Below, in pieces: positions 52,359 through 64,000 of a stretch of DNA of 64,000 nt. Position 1 is the first letter of the stretch. Each line of letters opens with the position of its first letter. The translations under genes and the position numbers were made by a program. This stretch comes from Geosiphon pyriformis uo1 (Eukaryota > Fungi > Glomeromycota), in NCBI GenBank assembly GCA_016748015.1, contig JAAOMT010000200.1, positions 618,984-682,983 on the forward strand, in the 5' to 3' direction. The notes under the pieces are model-generated. The model worked only from the letters and a program-made list of their open reading frames with translations, did not search any database and had not been told where the DNA came from.

Positions 52359-54125
52359 ATGGCTAACACCCAGAGTTAAGCTGGAAAACCATTAGTTCAA
52401 ATGTATCTAATCTTTTAGCTAACTTATCAACTTGTTCTACAAGATTAGTAAGACTGTATTTAAGAGCAGTAAACATATTATTTACTTTTACAGATATTAA
52501 TAAAGAAGATTTAACATTCAAAGATAAACCAATGTCAAAAAAAACTAAAAATACAACATAAATAGGAACACCATCAGCAATTTGTGTTCATATTTTACCA
52601 CCAAAAAAAACTGGATAAGCAATAAACACCTGTTTTTTCTTATATATACTAGCTAATTATACTTAATCTTAAAAAGTAACCAGTTTTATACTACAACTAC
52701 TCAAATTTTTATCAAATAAAACACATATCAAAAATATAATTAAATTGTTTATACTAAGCACAAACAGCCAAAAACATAACAGCCCAATATAAATACACAT
52801 TTTTAAAAACTAAAATAGAACTAATGACAGTTTTTTTTAAAGTTTTATTAAAAAAACAAATAATAATACATCTGTTATGCTTATATATTTCCAAATTATG
52901 GCCAATTAAACAAGTTTTTCTACTATATAATGCCAAAAAATCAAAAACTTATGTGCAATAGTATTAACTAATAAAATATACAGCAAAGTTTAATAACAAT
53001 CTCTAAATATTTATGTTTATTTATTTTTAACAGCTTTAACTACATAAACAGAATTTTTTTCCATAAATAATAACTATTTAACTGTAACCAAATCAGCAAT
53101 TTTAGCAGACTTAAACTTAATTAAAACTTTTTGTTAAAGACTAATTAGTTGTATTTTAATAAAAACAATCTTATTAAATCTAAAAAGAGCCAATTTTACA
53201 GCCAATTTGAAAAGATTAACTGAAATTTCTTTGATAATCACTTTTTAATTGATATAATTATTTATTTTTTTAATATTATTATTCATTAAAATTTTTTTAT
53301 AGAAAGCTATTTTCTTGGTCTTGTTTAAATTTAATTCAGATATAAAATATAATCTAATAATTTCGGAAAATTTTAAGAGAATAAACACTCTCCAAAACTA
53401 TTAACATAATAAAATATTTTTTTTACAGTTATTAACTTATTATTAGTAGTTTTATTAAACACTATAAAAAGCTTAATATTTAATGTAAAAGATTTAATTA
53501 AATTAAAACTCTGTTTTTCTAAAACATATAATTTAATTAATAGCAACTGTTTAAAGTTAACAAATTTGGGAAATAGAAATACCAAAACATTATTACTATT
53601 ATTCAAGTTCTTAAAAAAAATCTTTGGTGGACAACCTAAAATATATATTTTAATGTATATTTTTTTGGCATAATTTTTTTTATTAACTTTCAAAGCATCC
53701 AAGTTAGCATAACTAATTTTTTTAGTAACTGTATTTTTTATGTTGCTTGTTTTACTAACCACTTTATTATTCCAAGACTTTTTATGTTCAATGTTACCAA
53801 ATTTTATATCTGTAAGACTAAGAAAGCTAACAGATATATTAACTAAATTATTATTTGTTTTAAGTTTTATTAATTTCTTAGGCTTTTTATAAAAAACCAT
53901 AAAAATAAACACTTTTAACATACTTTTTTTTATGCCAAAACAGATTTTTAAATCAGCCAAACTAAAATCAAAATCATTAACAGAAAAATTCACTAGATTT
54001 ATAACAATAAATAAAAGTATATTAAAAAAAATAACTGAAAAAACATTAGATAAAAAAAATAAAAAACTATTTTTTTAACAATTTAATACTCTTATTATAA
54101 TCAAAAAATCAATAAAAAAAGAGTT
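52359..54125 (-). mobile_element. LINE copy C, 5' UTR/ORF1 remnant, very AT-eroded
   Basis: Colinear with LINE B 32010-33830 (ATGGCTAACA..., 'KKIFY', 'CLIGHN...NRC'). Confidence 0.85.
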
Positions 54126-55034
54126 TATAATTTATTATTTTATATTATTTAATATTTTTATTAATTATTGTATATTATTTTGTATTATTATATATTATTA
54201 TATATTAAATTATGTTTTTTCTTATAATTAATTAGTTTTTTATTTGAATAATAATACTTAATTCAAAATTTGTAAATTTAAAAAATTTGTTAAAAATGCT
54301 ATTAATAATTATAAATTATTTTACATAAATTATTTTTTTTAATTTAAATTTTTTTAAAAGTTTTTAAATTATATAAAAATAATAATATATAGTTTTAATA
54401 AAATTTTTTTTAAATAAGTTGGCTTTAAATTTTAATTTTTTTTTAATCAACAAATTTTATTTGTTATACAGACTTTTAAATATGAAATTAAATTAGATTC
54501 TATAATTAATTATATATTGCAAATTGTTAAAACTAAGTAAAAAAATTGCTTGTTTAAAATAATTATTTTTAAAATTATATTAACAAAAAATTTAATATTT
54601 GATTATATTTTTTTTAACCAAATTTGAACAGACTTTTAGTTAACAAAAATTTTTTAAATAACAGATTGATTATTTTTAATTTAAATTGTATTATTAATAA
54701 ATATATTAATTACTAAATAAAAAATTATATAAGTTTTAATTTTTGTTTTAACAACAAACTTGATATTAATTTTATATTTATTTAAACTTTTATGTTTTTT
54801 AATCTTACATAAAAAAAATTATACAAATTATAAGAAATTAATTTAAGCTATTATATATTTTGTAATTATTTGTTAAATTAAAATTTATTAAAATTTTGTT
54901 AATTTTATTATTATAAATACAACCAAAAAATTTGATAAATTTTTTGCATATTTTAATTTTAAATAAACTGTTTGTTAAATAGTAATAGCTTATTAAATTA
55001 TAAAATTTTCACATATTTTATAAAATTAATTACA

Positions 55035-58000
55035 AAAAAAAAACTTCTTTCTTTTGTTTATCCTAAATTCCCAAAAATAAGCCAAAATATTTTTTGAAAG
55101 AAGTTTTTTTCTGTTTTCATCATTCAGCATACTAATTCCAAACTGTTTGTGCTTGATTATGAGGCTATCATTGGCCCTAGTATTGCAGTTCTAAACAAGT
55201 CTATTATGGAGCCTAGCTTTAATATTGGTGTCAAATCTGCTGAGTTCAGAAAGAAGAGAAAAGGTGGTGTTTTGGAGAATAATATTGGTAATAGAAAATT
55301 TGCTGCTGCTAAAGTATCAAATAGTTGTTCTTGGGATTCTGAAACCAGTGATACTACTGAATCTGATAGTGTGGATATAGAAAAAGAATGTTTAATTGAG
55401 AAAACCAGCTTTGATTATGAAGATAGTAGAGCTTTTGCTGAAGAGAATTCAGAGCAAATACTTAAAAGTTTGAAGATTCTTACCAAGAAGGCACTTGGAA
55501 AGCCATTGGGGAAAATTAACTTCTTGGATGATGATATTGATAATATATTTTTGGACAAACCTGTGGTTTTCCCTCCCCCTCAAAAGAACTTGGTCAATGT
55601 TTCTGTTAGGAAGTTTTTTGCTTTGGACATTAGTTTGGATAATGTTGTTAAAAATTCTGTTCAGGAAAAGCTTGTGGTTGTCAAAAAATTATTTTCAAGA
55701 ATCAATGGTTTTGGGAGGACTTCTATCTCCTCAAAATTTGCTGGAATCATCAAGGCGACATTCACTTCTGAATCAAGTTTGGCACAGGCTTCTAAAAAGA
55801 CTGAAGAAGTGAAGATCTTGGTAAACTCTAATCTCAAAAAATCATCTGGGCATTCAGATCAGGCTGTGGTATTAAAAAAAATTTCTGTTGGAACATCAAC
55901 TGAGGCTGTACACACTGCGCTATCTAGTTTTGGTGTGGTAGTGTCAATCAAAATGCAGTTAGTAAATTTGTGGCAGAAGGCTATAATTGAATTTAGTAAG
56001 AGTGAACAGACTAATTTAATCACAGCTTGTTGATCTATCCTAATTGGGAAGGATGCTGTGCATGTAACCAGGGCTGATCAAAACAAAGAATCATGAAACA
56101 TGAAAGATCAACATAGGGCTTTGCTCTATACTCTGCCAATAGGAATGACTGTTTATGACATTTGGAATTATATTGGCTCTGTAGTGGAAAAACATATGTA
56201 ATAGATTGTCATTCTGTTATGTATGCTTGAGCCAGATGTGCTGTTGTTTGTTTTAAATTGGCTGATTCCTTTGAATGCTGTTATGAAAACTACTTTAGTT
56301 TTAAGGAATGTAAATATGCATTGGTCTCCTTTGGGTTTTTCTAAATGTGCTGAGTGTGAGAAATTGAGTCATATATCTTTGGGCTGTGCTGTGGATGGGA
56401 ATCTCTCCTCTGAGAAACCTTCTTGCAGACCTTTTTCAGACATAGATAAAAGCAGATTGGCAACCATTTATGCCAAGCATTCAGTTCTGATTGCTTGTTC
56501 TGTTGCTTTTGGTAGAGTTTCTTGGGCAAAAATTGCTGGTAGAAATGTTTTTTCCCCTTTCCTTGTGCGGAAAGTGTCAGTCAATTCTGGCTTCTCTTCG
56601 GAGATGAAGCCTACCTTCCTAATATGAGTGATGTTGAAAAAAAGTTTGCTGTTTTGGAAAGCAGTTTTACCAGTTTCATGAAACAAATTAGTGAGTTGGC
56701 TAAGAGGTTGGACTCATTAATGCTGACAGTTTTCTAGCCTAGCCTTGAATGTCAACTGCCAGTGACCCCTCCCATCACAGGATCGGATGGATGATGTAGT
56801 GATGGGAAAGGGTTTGGGTGAGGCTACAAGTGGTAAAACTGCTATGACTTCGGAATCTTCTGCTTCTTTTGAAGTAAAAAGATTGGAAAACATATTGGAA
56901 GAACTTTCTGCTTTGGTGTTATAGGGCTGTTTTCTTGGTATATTTTAATTGTTAATCTCCCATTTTAATTGCAATCAGTTTCTTATGAGTTTCTCTATTT
57001 TATGTGTTGGATATTAATGATAATGTACTGAAAGTTTTTTCTTAATGTTGTGATGTAAGTCTTCTCTTTAATTCTAGTTGTCTTTGTATGTTGTGTATTT
57101 TTTCCCAGAGACTAATCTGAAATCTACCCACTGTTTGGGATTTTTTCTGAGGCTATCCTTGCAATTGTCTAATGTGTTTTTCTAATCTAGAAACACGAAA
57201 TGTTAATGGTCTTTTCGCGATTTCCCCAAGTATATAATAAAGCTTTTTTAATTTAATTAGTAACCACATAAATAATCTTGATCAGAGATTATTCTTCCAA
57301 AGGGTTCAAAGATGGAATGATAGTTTTATTTGCTAAAAAGAGTATGTGAATTTTATTGTTAATCTCATAATTGTAATGTTCATTCAATTTATTATTTTTT
57401 TTATTAATTATTTTTGAATAAGATTTTATTTAGATATTTGTTGCTTTTAGTTGAAGCTTGTTCTATTCTTCATCATTAAAAACTATTGTATATATATATA
57501 ATTATTGTTTTACAAAATAATGTCTTGTAATACTCTATTTCTGTTATTTCTAAATAATGCTTGCTGCTATTGTGAAATAGTGCTTACTACTTTTGCATGA
57601 TAGTGCTTGCTGCTATTGTAAAATAGTACTTGCTGTTATTTGTAAATTATTTCTTTTTTATAACTTGTTGCTGTGCTATTTCATGATTGGCTAATTTATA
57701 TTATTTATAATTCTTATTAAATTCTTGAACTGTAACATTGGTTCTAAGTCTTACAGCAAGATTTGATGGTTCAATTTTGGCTGGCAGTGCATTTTCCAAA
57801 CCTTTTTCTCAATGACCAGTCTAGTGTGGAAAATTGCCACATGTAATGTTAGAGGTTTGAATAATCCTGTGAAACAGGATAATGTAATTTGTTGGCATAA
57901 AGAGATAAACAATTTGATTTCTATTGTTACTGAGACTAAGTTGAAGGGCAAGATCTGCCCATAGATCATGAATAAATTTGATGGTGTCTGGGTTTTCACT

Positions 58001-60200
58001 TCTAGTTTGGACTCTGGTTATTTGGATTCTGGCATTGCGATTATTATGGACAATTTTTTGGCAAGACATGTATGTAAGATTTTCAAGGTTTTTGGTTGAC
58101 TCTTCTTTCTCAAATTACTCTTTAAAAATAATCTTTTTGTGTCAATTTTGGGACTCTATGCTGGTGCCTTATCAGTGGTTCAGTTTTCTCAGACTGGTGA
58201 AATCAACTCTCTCATTGCAAAGGCAGTGAATAAGTCCTTCTTCATTATTTTGGGTGGTGATTTTAATGAAAATGGGGCCCAAAAGTGTGCTAGTTTCAAG
58301 AAGTGCTTTGATTTAGGTTTAGTTGATTCTTTAAGAAGAAGTTTGTTTGTTAAGATGTCTACGTGGACCAATTCTTGTGGTGTCGCTAAAGCTCTTGATT
58401 ACATTCTTGTTTCTTTATGTTTGGTCAATGCTGTAATAGATAGTAGTGTAACCAATGTTGAGAACTATTTTAATACTAATTACAAAGCTGTTTCTGCTTT
58501 CGTGGGTTTGGGTGGTTTGCTCAATATCTATTTGAGTTCAATACACAAGCAGGCAAATAAGAATTATTGAAAGTTTGATGTTAAAAGTGCAAATGAGAGA
58601 AAATGAAGTGAATTTAAGAATGCTACTGCAGCCAATGCTGTCATGTTCTTAGATGGGTTTAAATCAGCCAGAAAGTTTTCTAATCTGAATATTATATGAG
58701 ATATTGTTCATAAAGTAATGATTTTTTCAGCTAATAATGTTTTCAAGAAGAAATGGTTTAAGGGTTATAATGGGATGTTTATCAAAGAGTCTTTCAAGTT
58801 GCATAGCTTGGAGATTTTGGTTTCAAAAATTGTCAAGGCTTCTCACAAAGTGGACTCTGGAAGGTTTAAGTCTCTGTTGAAATGCTGGATTTCTATGGAT
58901 AGTGACAAAACTTCTGTTGTTTGAGATCTTGTGAGATCTGATGCGAGTTTGAATCATGTTCATTCTGCTTTTTGTGGTGTGAGGAGGTCTTATCATGTCT
59001 CTAAGCTTGCCGAGTCTTTGCAAGCTGAGGAGTCGGGCTTTAGATCAGCTATTGAAAAAAGAATGGAGAGTTTTGTGGCCAACAAAGGCCACACAATCCA
59101 TAGTGTTTTGGAATGTCCATTCTACAAAGTGGTGTTGGATTATTTGGTTTCTAATAGCAGTTTGATTTTGGACCCAGTAGAAGTTAAGAATAAGGTGGAT
59201 GGTATAATGAAGAGGTGGACAAGAAAGAGGGCTGTGCTAAAAAGTGTTCCCAATTTGTGATAGCATCAATACCTGCCATTGGATTATGTTAACAATAATG
59301 CTTTTTCTGGTGTAATGAATGCTATCAGTTTGGATGACTTGATGTGTGTAATTAAGGATTTACCAAATGGTAAAGCTGCTGGCTTGTCTGGCATTTCAAA
59401 TGAACTTTGAAAACATTGTGATGGTTTTGTGCTAGGCTTGCTTCTGGATCTTCTGAACATTTGTTTGGTGTGTGAGTCAGTTCTTCGTTGTTGGAAGGAA
59501 GCTTGGGTGTCAATGATTTTCAAGCCCTATGAGTGGGAAGGTATTTTAATTAATACTAAACTGATCACTTTAATTGAAACTGCTCATAAAATTTTTTCTA
59601 AGTTGCTGTTTAACAGGATTTCATCAGTGTGCAGTCTATTCAACATACTTCATAGGGACAATTTTTCTGTGCTTAAGGGTATTACTAATCAATCTCCTAT
59701 TTTTGCCATTGGTTTGGTTATTGAAGATGCTTTGGAGAAAGATTGTGAACTTTGGCTTGTGTTACAGGATATGCATAAAGCCTATGACTCTGTGAGTTGG
59801 CATTACTTACATAATAGCTTGGTTCAGATCAAAATGTACAGGCATTTTATTAGATTTTTTGGTTCTATTTACAATGATCATTTTAATTGGGTTATGACTG
59901 ATTTTGGTCTGTATATTCTGTGACTTGTGGTTTGTCATATATGTTTTCTGCTGGAGTGATTAGGTTGCTTGGGATTGCTGAGGCAGTTGGTGTCTGCTTT
60001 GGTTTTCATAAACATTGCTGCTTTTTTTCTGGCATAGATAGTATAGTTTCTGTTCTGATAGATTTATAGTGTTGCTCTGATTGGTCTAAGTGGCTGGTCA
60101 TGTATAAAAAGTGCATGATTAGCACCTAGTTTAGCTCACTTAGTTTGATGTATTGCACTAGGTGGCTTTTGGGCCTCACTCATTAAAAGTTAATAAAAAA
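55035..60200 (+). mobile_element. LINE copy D with an internal deletion and a nested solo LTR
   Basis: ORF1 ~55149-57815; ORF2 from 57812 ('WKIATCNVRGLN', 'LGGDFNE', 'LDYILV', 'LQDMHKAYDSV'). At ~59910 it jumps from mid-RT to the ORF2 end; conserved 3' UTR and A-rich tail follow. Confidence 0.92.
56917..57737 (-). mobile_element. Solo LTR (821 bp) in LINE D ORF1
   Basis: TGTTAT...GTAACA with TSD TTGG (56913-56916, 57738-57741). On the minus strand it shows tandem repeats, TATA, the TGATCA stem-loop and the ACTAATT..ATTAAAA motif in the same order as the other LTRs. Confidence 0.88.
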
Positions 60201-60359
60201 ATAATAATAATTACAATTTTTAATTTTTTTTTTAAAATATTTTTTATTATTAAATTTATTACAAAAAATTAAGTCAAAATAATCTTTAAAGCCAAAAAAT
60301 TATTATTATAAAAAAAATTGATTAAAAAATATTTTAAAAAGTATTTTTTTTTTATTATA

Positions 60360-60803
60360 TTTTATGAGTGAGGTCCAAACACTACCTAGTATAATACATT
60401 AACAACTGATCTAAATTAGACATGAATTATGTATTTTTTACATGCAACCAGTCACTCAGGCTGATCAGAACTACACTAAGTGCCTATATGTACTAAGATT
60501 GAATCCCCAACATCTGAGAAAAACAAATAAAACTTACAAAATCCAAAACCAATACTGATTGCTTCAGCAATATTCAGCAACTTAACAACACCTGCAAAAA
60601 GCTCCACAGAAAGCTCTATAACCAAAACTGGAACTAAACTGTCACGTAGTATTATTTTACTTTTCTCTATATAAGCATGATGTTTAGTGCAAACCAACCA
60701 AACTTCATCTTTAAAAGCAAGACACAAGTTATGTACAAATTCCATAACCTTCTGACCAGCTATTTTGGCACCTCCAAAAACAGACATAGCTTCCTGAAGC
60801 CAT
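60360..60803 (-). mobile_element. LINE copy E, 3' end, interrupted by Gypsy element 3
   Basis: Same 3' UTR and ORF2 C-terminus ('FAGVVKLL.IAEA..I.FGF') as copies A, B and D; tail-to-tail with copy D. Confidence 0.88.
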
Positions 60804-63800
60804 TGTTACCAGTAGAATTTTAGCTATTAATTAGCATGAAATTACCCTTATAATTCCTATTATTAATTAGCATATATTATTATTATTTCGATTATCACTT
60901 ATTATTTAATTAAATTATCAAATATTATTACTCAATCAATAATCCGATTTGTACTCTAGAAATTAAGATGATCAAATTACACAATACTCTGAACCTTTTA
61001 ACATAGTCAAAATTCGCCGAAATTAATGAAAATTTGCCGAAATAATCAATAGTTCAGTGAAATAACTTGTAAATTCGCCAAAATATATCTTTAGTTCACC
61101 CAAATTGTAGCAAAGAGAAAAGTGCAAGTTCAAAGACTAGTACTACAACAAATTGTATAAAAAAAGAGCTTCTCTCTTCAAAAAAATGTATTTTCTCATA
61201 GTATCTTACTATAGTATCTTACTTTAGATATCTTAATTGAAACAAATTACCTTTTACAAAATCAAATAAAAATTAAATATTCGAAAACCAAATTCTTAAA
61301 TTATTACACTTGAAATTCCCTCAACACAACTAACGTTTTGAAATTGATTAGCTACCAATTTCAATAAATTGTTAGTGACTCCAGGTCTGGATAGAAAACA
61401 TTTTCATTGACAAAATTCTATTTCTTTACATTTTTTTTATTTTTCTTTTATTTTCTTATTACAATCATTGGGGTAGCCTATAGACAAGATTCCTGTAGAA
61501 GAGTTGACTTTCACAGCAAAGTAACTACACATTTTAGTGAGCTTTCAGATGAGCAATTCCTGGGAAAAAGTTGACATTTATTACAACATAACTACATAAA
61601 GTAACTGGCAAGGAATTGGCCATTCCACTTATAAGCCCAGCAGTTCAAATTATCTCCTATAATTTGAAGATAAATTCAGTTACTGAAGGTCCAACTACTT
61701 CCTGAAAACGTGAATTCACAGCAAATTAACATTACCAACATTTAAGAAAAGAGACCAAAAACCTCCGGTAACATTTGGTGCTCTCCCACAGAAATAACAC
61801 AGCAACAACAAATTCAAAATGGCGACCACACCAGACACAATAACTCTAGAGTATCATCAGTCAATTTACACCCACTGCAAGCAAAGATTCAACATTCCAG
61901 ACGGAATTGAAATTGTCAAGAAATCAGTATACCAATACATTGAAAATCGCATCAACAATTATCTTTTTAGAAACTACAACATTTCAGAAGTTAGAAGCAA
62001 TCTTTACAATAATTTAGTGCACTATTCACAATTAGGAACAGAAGATCTGAACAGTAAAACACTTGCTACCTACTTCCAAGAACTTAATTTTAATATTATT
62101 GAGTATTGTGAAGAAAAATATCCAGTACAGTCTAAATACTCTTTTAACTTTGAATTAGAAACAGAGACAAGCAAAAAAGGCAAACAAAAAGGGAAACAAT
62201 ACTCAAGAACCACTTTAAACACTCTAATACTATCAAAAACAACTGCCAAACACTTGCAAACACTTGAACAAGGAACCAGTGTCAAATTACCACTTTCTAT
62301 TACACCATTTCCAATTTCACTTGTTCAATCACAAACACCAAGTTCACCACTTAACCATTTCTCCAGACCAAAAGATTTTCAGTCAACTAGAAATCCTATT
62401 CAACAACAAAAACCAATATTAACAAATGCCAATATCATTGATTACTTACAGAAAAACGAAAGTAATCATTCAGAAAGCTTGGAAAGTGAAAAAACTGAAT
62501 CAGAACCAAAAGAAATTACAGGAAACAAAGAAGAAATAGCAACTGCTTACATTGCAAAAATTCCAGAATTCACTGATGAAGACAATGATACCAGTTCTCA
62601 AAAATGGCTTGACAAAGTTCAAAAAGCAGGAGATGTAAATGGTTGGATTGCAGCAAGAATGCTCAAAGCAATTCCCTACTTTTTCTAAGGAACAGCAAGA
62701 AAATGGTTTGAAAATTTAGAAGAACCATTTAAGAACTGGCAAGCATTCAAAGATGCTTTTTTACAACAATTTACTAACAACAACACCTCTATTACACTCT
62801 GCAATCACTTTTGCAATATCAAACAAGAAACATCTGAAACTGTCATGATCTATTTTGGAAGATTCAACAAATTTCTTTGATGAATTTGACAATTGGAAAC
62901 CAATAACTACTATTCTAATGCTCAGATTTTGAATCAGTTTATAGCAGGATTAAAAGACAAATTGATTAAGAAAGTCTGTTCACATGTACCAGCAGACTTA
63001 GCAACTGTCATCAGACATGCAAAGAACTATAAAATGGCTATGGAAGAAGCAAACCACACCAAACTCATCAACTTAACTATTGGAAAAACCAGTTCAGCAG
63101 TTGAAAAGAAGATAGACCAATTCATGGAGAAGATTGAAAGCTACTTCACAAACCAATAATAACAGCAACAACAACCACAAAGATATCAACCTCCACAACA
63201 ATGCAACCAAAACAATTTTGGATCACTATCCAACAACCAACCTTAAAATTGTCATTATTGTGGAATTCCAGGACACTGGAAACAAGATTGTAGAAAATTA
63301 CAAAAAGACCAACAAAACAGGAATAATCAATGTTACTCTTTATCACAACAATCTTATTACCAATTTCCACCACCAACCTATTATTCACCAAGGCCACAAA
63401 ATCAAAACAGTTACTATCAACCAGCTCCACAACCAATGTAGCAACAATATCAGCAACCTTTACCAATTCAGCCATATCAAACACCACCCACTTAACAATA
63501 TCAAATACCAGCAAGAAGATTGGTTCAACATAACCAATTCACACTTCAAAATCAATTTCAGAATAACAACAACAGAATCAATCCAAATAACCAGTTGGTT
63601 CTCCAAAATTCTGGTCAGCAAAGACCCAATCATTATTACACTCAACCCAGTTATCTTACAATACCAAAGGAATCGGATTTTCAACAATCTGCACTTTCTG
63701 AAGGTAAAGTTGCAGCACCCAAGTCAAACTCTTCTAACAACTCTATTCTACCAGCTCAAATTACCCAAAATGCCAACCTTTCAGATAAATTTCCATTCGA

Positions 63801-64000
63801 ATTTGAAACAAATGAATCACTATTCTTGCTTAGTAATGCAGCAGCTAATAAACAAAGAGCTATTACTGCCATGTACACTAAAGCTACAGTAGAAGGAAAA
63901 CCCATCTGACTAATTCTAGACAGTAAATTAGCTGGAAGTATTATCACCTACCAGTTAATGCAACAGCTTCAAAAAACTGTTGACAGACCAGCCCAAACTG
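60804..64000 (+). mobile_element. Gypsy element 3 (element 2 family): 5' LTR 60804-61772, PBS, gag and start of protease; runs off the window
   Basis: LTR and gag are highly similar to 7441-12070; gag ATG at 61819, knuckle CHYCGIPGHWKQDC at ~63250-63291, protease 'ILDS' at ~63912. Confidence 0.95.

Noticed and set aside
844-57741. TSD centres (TG/CA/TA) as decayed CpG, implying integration at methyl-CpG
   Set aside because: Both TSD copies agree at the centre in all six pairs, and empty sites in sister copies already read ATGC and TCAA. A YR preference is the simpler explanation.

Overview
AT-rich eukaryotic (fungal) genomic DNA with short GT-AG introns. The transposon families suggest Mucoromycota/Glomeromycotina, possibly Geosiphon-like; this is inferred from recalled protein similarity and not verified. 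The window has three zones. (1) 1-~34,000 is a nest of decayed retroelements: two dUTPase-bearing Ty3/Gypsy elements, four nested solo-LTR-like insertions with 4-bp target-site duplications (TSDs), and two RNase H-containing LINEs. (2) ~35,000-50,300 is a CpG-retaining gene island with a 4-TM membrane protein, two unknown proteins and a divergent LYAR-like/PEX5 pair. (3) ~50,300-64,000 is a second nest with three LINE copies, two more copies of the main Gypsy family and a fifth solo LTR. The most striking unexplained feature is a ~900-nt non-coding imperfect inverted repeat at 43,610-44,518 inside the gene island. Its arm differences are strongly biased to G-U wobble on the + strand, making it a candidate long hairpin RNA (endo-siRNA/milRNA precursor) gene. 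Other leads: an extra 3' ORF and a Cys-rich + dUTPase module in the Gypsy elements, a covarying stem-loop shared by divergent LTR families, a central pyrimidine-purine step in all LTR target sites, AUGA stop/start coupling in the LINEs, and repeat-restricted C-to-T erosion in all sequence contexts. All alignments and counts were done by eye.
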